Positions 1 to 10,490 of a stretch of DNA of 64,000 bases are shown piece by piece. Numbering within the stretch: position 1 is the first letter of the stretch; each line of letters begins with the position of its first letter. This stretch comes from Gammaproteobacteria bacterium (GTDB lineage Bacteria > Pseudomonadota > Gammaproteobacteria > JAJDOJ01), in the NCBI GenBank assembly GCA_026984215.1, contig JALSSO010000135.1, positions 4,584-68,583 of the forward strand, read 5' to 3'. The notes beneath the pieces were generated by a model that saw only the letters and a program-made list of their open reading frames with translations, was not told where the DNA came from and did not search any database. The position numbers were made by a program, and so were the translations under genes.

Positions 1-25
1 CACCGTGTGCGGTCAGCGAACGACC

Positions 26-577
26 TCATTCCCGCTTCGGTTCGGGGACCTGCAGCAGCGGGGCGACATAGGTAGCGAAGGCTTCCCGGTCGAAGATTCC
101 CTGGCGCATGAAGACCAGATGCCCGTCGCGACCGATCACCACGGTGAACGGCAATACGCCGGCCCGGTCACCCCATCGGCGCAGCAGCTCGGCCCCGCGG
201 GTCTGACCGACCACCAGCACCGGATAGTTGATGCCGATGGAACGGGCGTAGTTGCGCAACTTGCGCGCCTCGTCGATGCCCACGCTGACCACCTGCAGGC
301 CCTGCGGTCCGTAGCGTTCCTGGAACCGGATCAGTTCCGGAATCTCGAGCCGGCACGGCCCGCACCAGGTCGCCCAGAAATTGAGCAGGATCACCCGTCC
401 CGCCCAGTCGTGGAGATTGCGCTCCCGGCCCTCGATATCCGTCAGCGTCAGCGGGGGCATTTCCCAGGCGTTGTCCACCGCGCGGGCCTGCAACACCCCC
501 GGCCAGGCGAGCACCAGACCGAGCACCACCAGCCAACGGGTGCCGGCCGGGCGCGAGGCGTGTCCCACTCCTTTCAT
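26..577 (-). CDS. TlpA/ResA-like periplasmic thiol:disulfide oxidoreductase (thioredoxin fold)
   Basis: Track ORF 26..883 (-). Internal Met MKGVGH... is followed by a signal peptide (WLVVLGLVLAWPGVLQA) and a WCGPC redox motif in LLNFWATWCGPCRLEIPEL. The first ~100 codons of the track ORF are an upstream GTG extension that I rejected. Confidence 0.8.
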   Translation of the reverse strand: MKGVGHASRPAGTRWLVVLGLVLAWPGVLQARAVDNAWEMPPLTLTDIEGRERNLHDWAGRVILLNFWATWCGPCRLEIPELIRFQERYGPQGLQVVSVGIDEARKLRNYARSIGINYPVLVVGQTRGAELLRRWGDRAGVLPFTVVIGRDGHLVFMRQGIFDREAFATYVAPLLQVPEPKRE

Positions 578-1944
578 GGGAAGAACACCCGCACGCCCAG
601 CGAAAAGAGCAGCGAATCGACCTTGCCCCCCTGCTGGATCCGCGGCTCCTGGAAGCGTCCCTCCACACCCACGTCCGGATGCAGCGAGAGGTATTTGGCC
701 TCCGCCTCCAGAGCGATGTTCGGCGCGATCATCCAGTCCAGGCCACCCCCCGCGGCCCAGGCCAACGTCCAGTTCTGTCCCGCCGGCATCTTGGTGAGAT
801 GTCCCTCGGGGGTGGAGTCGTTGGGCTCGGTGAATCCGGCGCCCAGCCCCACCACCGCGTAGGGGATCAGCCGGTCGTCCCACAGGGGATAGCGGGCGCG
901 AAGCTGACCCAGAAACGCCCAGACACTGTACTCGTTCACCTTGAAACCGCCGTCCCGGGCGTTGACCTCGAACTCGTAATAGTCCACGGCGAACTCCGCG
1001 CCCAGATAGCGATTCCAGTCGAGCCCGAGCGAGCCGCTGGTGAGCTGCTGCTTCTCGTTGTCGGAGGCGAGGAATCCCGGCGTGAACTCACGGCTCGATT
1101 GCAACCACCAGGCGCCGACGCGCAAGGCGAGATAACCGCGCTTGTCGTCCTCGCCGGCCGTGCGCCAATGGACCCCCTGAAACTGGTCCGCGGCCCCGGC
1201 CCGCGGGAAATACATCCGCAACCCCGCCGAGAAGACGATATTGTCCAGATCCAGGTTCTGCTCGGGCCCCGGCTCGCCCACACCGGGCACCGGAGGCAAG
1301 GGATCCGGAATGTCCTGCGGCGGCTTGCGTCCCCGTTTGGTCTGGGTAACGGTGGAAAAGAAGATGTATTTGGCCTCCAGATCCAGGGAGAGGTTGGGCG
1401 CCAGGTAATATTCGAAGCCTGCGCCCAGGGTACCGGCCAGGTCGTTCTCCCGCCCGGTGGGCACGATGGCATCGGGGCGGTTGACGGCCTCGGCCGTCCC
1501 GTCGCTGAACTCGCTCACGCCCCAACCCAGCCCACCCACCAGGTAGGGCACCATGCGTCCGTCGGCCAGCGGGTAACGCAGCCGGATCTGCGGCACGATG
1601 GTATAGACGGTCTGTTCGCCGATCTTGCCGAAACCCTCGCCGGTGATGTCGCCCTCGAGGTAGTTGAGCGCGAGCTCCAGTCCCAGGTATCGGCTCAGAT
1701 CCAGACCCACCACCGCGTTGTAGGCGTCATTGCCCCGGTTGGAGGCGACTTTGAGATCGCGGCTGATCCGGCTGGTGGCGTAAAGCGACTGACCGTAACG
1801 CAGGCCCACGTAGCCCCGCAGATCATCCGTGTCGAGCAACCAGCCACCGGAACCGAACGGGGCCGCATGGACCGCACCCTGCCATCCGCCGAGCACGAGC
1901 AACCCGACCCCGGCCCAAAACCCACGTCTTTGTCGTCCCGGCAT
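574..1944 (-). CDS. outer membrane beta-barrel protein with two tandem OmpW-like domains
   Basis: 456 aa with an N-terminal signal peptide (GVGLLVLGGWQGAVHA). Two repeated halves each carry OmpW-like strands (PYLVGGLGWGVSEF / PYAVVGLGAGFTEP). It ends in an aromatic-rich terminal strand (VRVFFP). ATG at 1944. Confidence 0.7.
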   Translation of the reverse strand: MPGRQRRGFWAGVGLLVLGGWQGAVHAAPFGSGGWLLDTDDLRGYVGLRYGQSLYATSRISRDLKVASNRGNDAYNAVVGLDLSRYLGLELALNYLEGDITGEGFGKIGEQTVYTIVPQIRLRYPLADGRMVPYLVGGLGWGVSEFSDGTAEAVNRPDAIVPTGRENDLAGTLGAGFEYYLAPNLSLDLEAKYIFFSTVTQTKRGRKPPQDIPDPLPPVPGVGEPGPEQNLDLDNIVFSAGLRMYFPRAGAADQFQGVHWRTAGEDDKRGYLALRVGAWWLQSSREFTPGFLASDNEKQQLTSGSLGLDWNRYLGAEFAVDYYEFEVNARDGGFKVNEYSVWAFLGQLRARYPLWDDRLIPYAVVGLGAGFTEPNDSTPEGHLTKMPAGQNWTLAWAAGGGLDWMIAPNIALEAEAKYLSLHPDVGVEGRFQEPRIQQGGKVDSLLFSLGVRVFFP

Positions 1945-2119
1945 GCATCACCCCGCAGAAAAAATGGGAATGGTAGCCCAAAGGCCGAGCCCGGGAAAAT
2001 CCGAGCCCACGGATACCGCCCACCCGGTCCCGGCCTCTGGAGAGCAGGCGACCCGCGGGCCGTGCCGATGGGTGTGGTAGGATTCCGCCGTTTTGCCACA
2101 CCGGCCGGGTGGCGCATCC

Positions 2120-4165
2120 ATGCCTACCGCCAGCGGGTCGGGTTCCGAAACACAGCCGAAGGGGAGTGCTAGGGTGGCCGATGACACGAGCATCGTCGAC
2201 GAAGCGTCCCGGCAGGCGACCGCTCAAGGACGGAGCCTGCGACCCTGGATCACGGCGGGCGTCTTCTTGCTGATGGCCTTCTATCTGTTCCAGGCGGTGC
2301 CCACCGTTCAGATCGCCTGGGTCTGCAGTTTTCTGCTGCTCACCATCTACCTGTTCGCCTTCGAGATCGTGGAGGTGGACGTGGCGGCAGTGACGGTGAT
2401 GGTCCTGCTCGGTCTGACCACGCTGTTCGCCCCGGTCATGGGCCTGGAGGCCGGCCTGGTGCCCGCCACACGGCTGTTCGACGGCTTCGCCAGCAACGCC
2501 GTGATCTCCATCATTGCGGTCATGATCATCGGCGCCGGCCTGGACAAGACCGGCATCATGAGCCGCGTGGCGGCCTGGATCCTCAGGATCGGCGGGACCA
2601 CCGAGACCCGCATCATCCCCATCATCTCGGGCACCGTCGCCATCATTTCCTCGTTCATGCAGAACGTGGGAGCGGCGGCGCTGTTCCTGCCGGTGGTGAG
2701 CCGCATCTCGGCCCGTTCCGGGATCCCCCTGTCGCGCCTGCTCATGCCGATGGGCTTCTGCGCCATCCTGGGGGGCACCGTGACCATGGTGGGATCGAGT
2801 CCCCTGATCCTCCTGAACGACCTGATCCTCACCTCCAACCAGGCCCTGCCCCCGGACCAGGAGGTCCACACCTGGGGCCTGTTCTCGGTCACGCCGGTGG
2901 GCTTGGCCTTGGTGGCCGCCGGGATCATCTATTTCATCCTGGCGGGCCGTTTGGTGCTCCCGGCGCAGAAGGGCGAGGGCGCTACGGCGGCCAATACCAT
3001 GGCGTATTTCCGCAAGGTCTACGGCATCGACTACGCGTTGTATGAAGTGGTCGTGCCCCCGGACAGCCCGCTGGTGGGGAAAAAACTCGACGACATCGAA
3101 AAGCAACACCGGATCCGTGTCATCGCCGCCCTGCGCGGCACCGACGATCTGCGCATCGGCCCGGGAGGGCTGGCCCGCGACGTGGGCATCGAGCCGAACA
3201 CGGTCCTGGGCATCCTGGCCTCGCCCGAGCATGTCCAGCGCTTCGTCGAGGCCTATGGTCTGATCCTGCGCGACGATCTGGAGACCTTCACCGAGCAGCT
3301 CGCGCCGACCAAGGCGGGGATCGCAGAGGTGGTGATCCCTCCGGGCTCGCAGCTCATCGGCAAGAGCGCCCGCGACGTGTGGATGCGCAAGACCTATGGG
3401 ATCGCCATGGTGGCGCTGCACCGTCAGGGGAAGACCTACCGCGAGGGAGACGGCATCCGCGATATGAAACTCCAGGCCGGCGACACCCTGGTGGTGCACA
3501 CCACCTGGGATGCCCTGGCCCGGCTGGAGCACGACCCCAATTTCGTGGTGGTCACCACCGAGTATCCCCACGAGGAGTTGCGGCCCCACAAGGTACGTTG
3601 GGCGCTGGCGGCTTTCCTGGTCGCCTTGTCCCTGGTCCTGTTCACCGACATCCGTCTCTCGGTGGCCCTGCTCACCGGCGCCATGGGCATGGTCCTATCC
3701 GGCGTCCTGCGCATGGAGGAGGCCTACCGCGCGGTGAGCTGGAAGACGGTGTTCCTGCTCGCCAGCCTCATCCCCCTGGGCCTGGCGGTGGAGACCTCGG
3801 GCACGGCGGCCTGGATCGCCGAACAGACCCTTTCGGTGCTGGGCGACGTGCCGGCCTGGGTACTGCAACTGGCGATCGCCGTGCTGGCCACCTTCTTCAC
3901 CCTAGTCATGTCCAACGTGGGCGCCACCGTGCTGCTGGTGCCCCTGGCCATCAACATCGCCATCCGCGCCGGGGCGGATCCGGCCGTGTTCGCGCTGACG
4001 GTGGCCATCGCCACGTCCAATTCCTTCCTGATCCCCACGCACCAGGTCAACGCGCTGATCATGGGCCCCGGCGGCTACCGGGTCCCGGACTTCATGCGCG
4101 CCGGCGGCATCATGACCGGGCTGTTCCTTGCGGTCATGTTGGTGATGATGAATCTGGTGTATTGA
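2120..4165 (+). CDS. DASS/SLC13-like anion permease with two central TrkA-C (RCK_C) domains (YfbS-like)
   Basis: Track ORF 2093..4165 (the first codon is TTG). It has hydrophobic N- and C-terminal permease halves. Two TrkA-C-like soluble repeats lie in the middle (VYGIDYALYEVVVPPDSPLVGKKL... / TYGIAMVALHRQGKTY...). Start is ATG 2120, or GTG 2174 which has a GGGGAG RBS. Confidence 0.75.
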   Translation: MPTASGSGSETQPKGSARVADDTSIVDEASRQATAQGRSLRPWITAGVFLLMAFYLFQAVPTVQIAWVCSFLLLTIYLFAFEIVEVDVAAVTVMVLLGLTTLFAPVMGLEAGLVPATRLFDGFASNAVISIIAVMIIGAGLDKTGIMSRVAAWILRIGGTTETRIIPIISGTVAIISSFMQNVGAAALFLPVVSRISARSGIPLSRLLMPMGFCAILGGTVTMVGSSPLILLNDLILTSNQALPPDQEVHTWGLFSVTPVGLALVAAGIIYFILAGRLVLPAQKGEGATAANTMAYFRKVYGIDYALYEVVVPPDSPLVGKKLDDIEKQHRIRVIAALRGTDDLRIGPGGLARDVGIEPNTVLGILASPEHVQRFVEAYGLILRDDLETFTEQLAPTKAGIAEVVIPPGSQLIGKSARDVWMRKTYGIAMVALHRQGKTYREGDGIRDMKLQAGDTLVVHTTWDALARLEHDPNFVVVTTEYPHEELRPHKVRWALAAFLVALSLVLFTDIRLSVALLTGAMGMVLSGVLRMEEAYRAVSWKTVFLLASLIPLGLAVETSGTAAWIAEQTLSVLGDVPAWVLQLAIAVLATFFTLVMSNVGATVLLVPLAINIAIRAGADPAVFALTVAIATSNSFLIPTHQVNALIMGPGGYRVPDFMRAGGIMTGLFLAVMLVMMNLVY

Positions 4166-4175
4166 GGAGCCTCCC

Positions 4176-5603
4176 ATGCCCCAATCACGCAACCTCCTGT
4201 TCCAGGGAATCCTGTTCATGTTCCTTGCACCGGTGGCGGGACCCGCCTTTTCCGCAGAACAGGGCGCCGAGCTGCTCGATCTCACTCACCACCCCGTAGG
4301 CTATGCGGCACTGGCCGTGTTCGCGATCGCCTACCTGGCGGTCATGGCCGAGGAATTCACGCATCTGCGCAAGTCCAAACCGGTGATCCTGGCCGCGGGC
4401 GTCATCTGGGCCTTGATCGCCTATGTGTACGTGGCCCATGGGATGCCCCACCCGGCCGAGGAGGCCCTGCGCCACAATTTGGAGGAATACGCCGAGCTCA
4501 TGCTCTTCCTCCTGGTGGCGATGACCTACATCAACGCCATGGACGAACGGGGTGTGTTCGACGCCCTGCGCGCGTGGCTGCTACGCAAGGGCTTCGGGTT
4601 CCGCGCGCTATTCTGGATGACCGGATGGCTGTCGTTCTTCATCTCCCCGGTGGCCGACAATCTGACCACCGCGCTGCTCATGTGCGCGGTGGTGCTGGCC
4701 GTGGGCAAGGACAGCCCGCGCTTCGTGGCCCTGGCCTGCATCAACATCGTGGTGGCGGCCAACGCGGGCGGGGCGTTCAGCCCGTTCGGCGACATCACCA
4801 CCCTGATGGTGTGGCAGGCGGGCATGGTGGACTTCTGGACCTTCTTCGCCTTGTTCGTCCCCTCGGTGGTCAACTTCGTCGTGCCGGCGCTCGTGATGCA
4901 TTTCGCGGTCCCGGCCTCGGCCCCCGGCGCAGTGCGGGAAGACGCGGCGATGTTGCCGGGGGCAAGACGGATCATCGCCCTGTTCGTGCTGACCATCGCC
5001 ACCGCGGTCTCCTTCCACAACTTCCTCCATCTGCCGCCGGTGGCCGGAATGCTCACGGGACTGGCCTATCTGCAGTTCTTCGGGTATTACCTGAAGATGC
5101 AGGCACACCGTACCCTGCGCGAGAACGCCGACGAGGCGGGCCGAATCGGTGACGTGGTCCCCTTCGACGTGTTCAACCGGATCGCCCGGGCCGAATGGGA
5201 CACCCTGCTCTTCTTCTACGGCGTGGTGATGTGCGTGGGCGGACTCGGATTCATCGGCTACCTTGCCCATGTCAGCGAAGTGATCTACACCGGCTGGGGC
5301 GCGACGCCGGCCAATGTGGCCGTGGGCCTGCTCTCGGCCATCGTGGACAACATCCCGATCATGTTCGCCGTGCTCAAGATGAATCCCGACATGTCCCTGG
5401 GTCAGTGGCTGCTGGTCACGCTCACCGCCGGCGTGGGCGGGTCCCTGTTGTCCATCGGCTCGGCGGCCGGCGTGGCGCTGATGGGTCAGGCCCGCGGCAT
5501 GTACACCTTTTTCTCCCACCTCAAGTGGACACCGGCCATCGCACTGGGCTACGCCGCCAGCATCGCGGCGCACATGTGGATCAACCAGGGTTATTTTCAG
5601 TGA
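4176..5603 (+). CDS. nhaD: NhaD-type Na+/H+ antiporter (ArsB/NhaD permease superfamily)
   Basis: 475 aa polytopic membrane protein with a GAGGAG RBS before ATG 4176. It has an N-terminal signal-like segment plus a conserved HLRKSKPVILAAGVIW region typical of NhaD. Confidence 0.65.
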   Translation: MPQSRNLLFQGILFMFLAPVAGPAFSAEQGAELLDLTHHPVGYAALAVFAIAYLAVMAEEFTHLRKSKPVILAAGVIWALIAYVYVAHGMPHPAEEALRHNLEEYAELMLFLLVAMTYINAMDERGVFDALRAWLLRKGFGFRALFWMTGWLSFFISPVADNLTTALLMCAVVLAVGKDSPRFVALACINIVVAANAGGAFSPFGDITTLMVWQAGMVDFWTFFALFVPSVVNFVVPALVMHFAVPASAPGAVREDAAMLPGARRIIALFVLTIATAVSFHNFLHLPPVAGMLTGLAYLQFFGYYLKMQAHRTLRENADEAGRIGDVVPFDVFNRIARAEWDTLLFFYGVVMCVGGLGFIGYLAHVSEVIYTGWGATPANVAVGLLSAIVDNIPIMFAVLKMNPDMSLGQWLLVTLTAGVGGSLLSIGSAAGVALMGQARGMYTFFSHLKWTPAIALGYAASIAAHMWINQGYFQ

Positions 5604-7042
5604 TTTCCCCGGGACTCGCGGCGCACGGAAGGCCCCTCGGCGATCGGCGCGGCCCCGGTCCGGCCGCACGGCGCACCCAGCGCGCCGGGAAACGCCGGTC
5701 CCATCTCCGCCCGCTGGCCCTGCTCGGGTTGCTGTTGCTCGCCGCCGCGCCCGCATTCGGTAAAGCACCGCCCCCCGGACGGCAGACGCTGGCGCCCATG
5801 CTGGAGCGGGTGCTGCCTGCCGTGGTGAACATCGTCACGCGAACCCAGATCCGCGTCCAGCGCCACCCCCTCCTGGACGATCCCTTTTTCCGGCGCTTCT
5901 TCGACCTGCCCGAACCCGAGCGAGAGAAAATGGGCGTGGGCTCGGGTGTGATCGTGGACGCAAGCCACGGCTATATCGTCACCAACCACCATGTCATCGA
6001 CGGCGCGGATGTCATCACGGTCACGCTGCGCGATCGCAGGCGCTTCCAGGCCCGCGTCGTGGGCACCGATCCCGAGGCCGACGTCGCCGTGCTCCAGATC
6101 GACGCCAAGGACCTGCACGCCATCCCGCTGGGTGACTCGGACACCCTGCGAGTCGGTGATTTCGTGGTCGCCATCGGCAGCCCCTTCGGGCTGGGACAGA
6201 CGGTCACCTACGGGATCGTGAGCGCGCTGGGGCGCTCCGGTCTAGGGATCGAGGGCTACGAAAACTTCATTCAGACCGATGCCTCCATCAACCCGGGCAA
6301 TTCCGGCGGCCCCCTGCTGACCACCGACGGCATGCTGGTGGGGATCAACGCCGCCATCGTGGGGCCTTCGGGCGGCAACATCGGCATCGGCTTCGCCATC
6401 CCCAGCAACATGGTCCGGGCGATCATGCAGCAACTGGTACGCCACGGCGAGGTGCGGCGCGGCTATCTGGGCGTCGTCATCCAGGATCTGACCCCCGAAC
6501 TGGCCCAGGCCTTCGGTCTGGACCGGCGCGAGGGCGCCGTCATCGCCCGGGTGTTCCCCGACTCGCCCGCGCAGAAGGCCGGCGTGCGCCCCGGCGACGT
6601 CGTGGTGCGCGCCGACGGACACCCGATCCGCGACGGCGCGGCCCTGCGCAACGCCATCGGTCTGGTTCGCGCCGGCGAGTCCATGCGCCTGGAGATCCTG
6701 CGCGACGGCAAACGCAAGATCCTCCGCGTGCGCGTGGGTGACCCGGAGCAGACCCGCGCCGCCGGAGGCACGTTCAGCCGCAAACTGGCCGGTGCGCTGC
6801 TGGGCCCGATCCCCGGGGGCCACCCCCTGCACGGCCGTCTGGAGGGTGTGGCCGTACTCGAGGTGGAGCGCGGATCCGCCGCCTGGCAAGCGGGCCTGCG
6901 GCCCGGTGACGTGATCCTCTCGGTCAATCGAATCCGCGTGACCCGCGTCCCGGAGCTGCGCAAGGCCATCGGCTCGCCCGAGGAGGCGCTGCTTCTCTAT
7001 CTGTTGAGGGGCGACGAGGCCTTCTACGTGGTCATCGAGTGA
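5600..7042 (+). CDS. degQ: periplasmic serine endoprotease DegP/DegQ (HtrA family, trypsin domain plus 2 PDZ)
   Basis: Catalytic triad context is present (HGYIVTNHHV, ...DVAVLQI..., GNSGGPL). Two PDZ domains follow (GYLGVVIQDL..., GVAVLEVERGSAA...). A signal peptide LALLGLLLLAAAPAFG precedes the mature protein. The only in-frame start upstream of the signal peptide is GTG 5600, which overlaps the nhaD stop. The start is uncertain and may lie further downstream. Confidence 0.85.
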   Translation: MISPGLAAHGRPLGDRRGPGPAARRTQRAGKRRSHLRPLALLGLLLLAAAPAFGKAPPPGRQTLAPMLERVLPAVVNIVTRTQIRVQRHPLLDDPFFRRFFDLPEPEREKMGVGSGVIVDASHGYIVTNHHVIDGADVITVTLRDRRRFQARVVGTDPEADVAVLQIDAKDLHAIPLGDSDTLRVGDFVVAIGSPFGLGQTVTYGIVSALGRSGLGIEGYENFIQTDASINPGNSGGPLLTTDGMLVGINAAIVGPSGGNIGIGFAIPSNMVRAIMQQLVRHGEVRRGYLGVVIQDLTPELAQAFGLDRREGAVIARVFPDSPAQKAGVRPGDVVVRADGHPIRDGAALRNAIGLVRAGESMRLEILRDGKRKILRVRVGDPEQTRAAGGTFSRKLAGALLGPIPGGHPLHGRLEGVAVLEVERGSAAWQAGLRPGDVILSVNRIRVTRVPELRKAIGSPEEALLLYLLRGDEAFYVVIE

Positions 7043-7139
7043 ACCGTCCCGCGCCTGCTTGTAACCCGGAGCGGAGCACCCTACATTCCCATTCATTCCC
7101 CGTCGCAAAGGGGACCTTGTCCCGCACGAGGGCGCCTGC

Positions 7140-8996
<1,857 letters not shown>

Positions 8997-9080
8997 CTCC
9001 GGACCCGCCGCCTCGGCGCTTTCGGAACCGGCGATTCCACCGGCAGCGGTGCATGACCGGCGCGCATGCGCCGCACCGGT

Positions 9081-9806
9081 TCACAGGGCGACCAGCTCTC
9101 CCTCGTACATGACGGGACCCTTCGGTCCCCCGCCACGCAAGGGACGTTCGGGCGGCTCCAGGCTCACGGCGAAACCTTGGGCCTTTCCCAGCGCATCCCA
9201 GGATTCCTGGTCCAGCGGGATGACCTTCTCGCGACGGTCGAGCACCCCCATGGGCACCGGCTTGGTGCCTTTCATCAGGCACCACAGGACCATCACGCGA
9301 TCCTTCGGCATGCGCACCTCCTTGCGCAGGTTCACGGCGATCCGCATGGGATTGCGCATCCCGGCCACCACCGCCATGGGTTCTTGCGCCTCGTTTTTGA
9401 GCACCACGACGTACTCGGGGGCCTCCTGCACGACCGACTCGATCCGGTGGGTGCTGTACCACGTGACGGCCAACGCCAGCAGCACGGAAACGGCGGTGGC
9501 CATGCGCCAGGCCACCAGCTTCTGCCACCATCGTGTGCGCGCGGCGCGCTCGGCCAGCGCACGCTCGGCGCGCACTTCCGCTTCGATGCCGTGCCACACC
9601 CGCGCCGGCGGGGTCACTTCGGCCACCGCCCTCGCCAAGGGAGCCAACCGTCGGGCCCAGGCATCGGCCGCCTCTCGCACATAGGGACGCTCCTGGGCCA
9701 GCCGCTCGAAACGGACACGCGCCAACCCGCGCAGCGTTCCCAGCGCGTATTCGGCGGCCAGCCGCTCGATCAGTTCCGGATCCTGGTAACGATCTATTCC
9801 AGGCAT
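9081..9806 (-). CDS. anti-sigma factor (RskA/ChrR-like, single TM)
   Basis: Starts at MPGIDRYQDPELIERLAAEYALGTL (ATG 9806). This is a typical anti-sigma N-terminus. A TM segment follows (MATAVSVLLALAVTWY), then a periplasmic domain. It overlaps the sigma-factor stop by 13 nt. Confidence 0.75.
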   Translation of the reverse strand: MPGIDRYQDPELIERLAAEYALGTLRGLARVRFERLAQERPYVREAADAWARRLAPLARAVAEVTPPARVWHGIEAEVRAERALAERAARTRWWQKLVAWRMATAVSVLLALAVTWYSTHRIESVVQEAPEYVVVLKNEAQEPMAVVAGMRNPMRIAVNLRKEVRMPKDRVMVLWCLMKGTKPVPMGVLDRREKVIPLDQESWDALGKAQGFAVSLEPPERPLRGGGPKGPVMYEGELVAL

Positions 9807-10342
9807 CGTTTCAACTGCTCCAATCCTCTGCGGATCCAGGCCTTCACGGTCCCGAGCGGACGGCCCAGCCGCTCGGCCAGCTCCGAATGGGTATAGCCCT
9901 GGTAATACGCCATGAGGATGCTGCGCCGTTGGTCCTCCTTGAGCCGATCCAGGCATTCCCGCAGCAGACGGGCGTCGCTATCGAGTCCGGCGGCCTGCAG
10001 CGGATCCGGATCGGCGCTGGCGTACTGGCCCTGCCAGACATCCTCCGAGACCTGTTCAGCCTGATAAGCGCTGGTGCGCATGATGTCGAACGCCCGATTG
10101 CGGACGATGCTGACCATCCAGCTCAGCGCCGAACCCCGGGAGGGATCGAAACTGGCAGCGTGGTTCCAGATGCGCAGATAGGCGTCCTGGAGGACCTCTT
10201 CGGCGAGATCGCTGCGCCGGATCAGCCGCAGGCAGATACCGTACAGCAGACCCGAGGTATGGACATACAATTCCCGCAATGCGCGCTGGTCGCCTTGGGC
10301 GCAGCGCACCAGGCACTCGCTCACCCGCCGCTCGTCGGCCAT
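9794..10342 (-). CDS. ECF (sigma-70 family) RNA polymerase sigma factor
   Basis: 182 aa with a sigma-70 region 2 (LLYGICLRLIRRSDLAEEVLQDAYLRIW) and region 4 (YYQGYTHSELAERLGRPLGTVKAWIRRGLEQL). It is translationally coupled to the downstream anti-sigma gene. Confidence 0.85.
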   Translation of the reverse strand: MADERRVSECLVRCAQGDQRALRELYVHTSGLLYGICLRLIRRSDLAEEVLQDAYLRIWNHAASFDPSRGSALSWMVSIVRNRAFDIMRTSAYQAEQVSEDVWQGQYASADPDPLQAAGLDSDARLLRECLDRLKEDQRRSILMAYYQGYTHSELAERLGRPLGTVKAWIRRGLEQLKRCLE

Positions 10343-10490
10343 CCGTCCCCCATTCCGCCTTTGTCTCGAGCCCGATCATAGCAGCTATCCATGTCGGCAC
10401 ACCCTGTTTCCTGTTACGCTGCGCGGACCCTTTTGGACGCACCCGGACCCCGTGCGCACAGCGCGCACGGGCCTGATGGGACACGACTTT

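Noticed and set aside
575-601. Apparent 1-nt frame inconsistency between my hand translation of the printed sequence and the ORF-track protein for ORF 26..883
   Set aside because: Both ORF ends and the downstream codons agree with the track. This is most likely my own transcription slip, not a real frameshift. Coordinates I derived by codon counting should be treated as accurate to within about 3 nt.
679-2172. 497-aa + strand ORF
   Set aside because: It is antisense to the OmpW-like outer membrane protein gene. It is a low-complexity Arg/Gly/Pro-rich product typical of high-GC antisense frames.
1823-3589. 588-aa - strand ORF
   Set aside because: It is antisense to the well-supported TrkA-C permease gene. 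It is His/Arg/Gly-rich low complexity.
5195-5599. N-terminal 135 codons of the 615-aa DegQ track ORF
   Set aside because: This part overlaps the nhaD coding region in another frame. It has no homology, and the DegQ signal peptide starts later. I treated it as an upstream alternative-start artefact.
10343-10490. Possible autoregulated ECF promoter upstream of the sigma factor gene (GGAAAC...N16...GATAG-like)
   Set aside because: The match to ECF -35/-10 consensus is too weak by eye to call.
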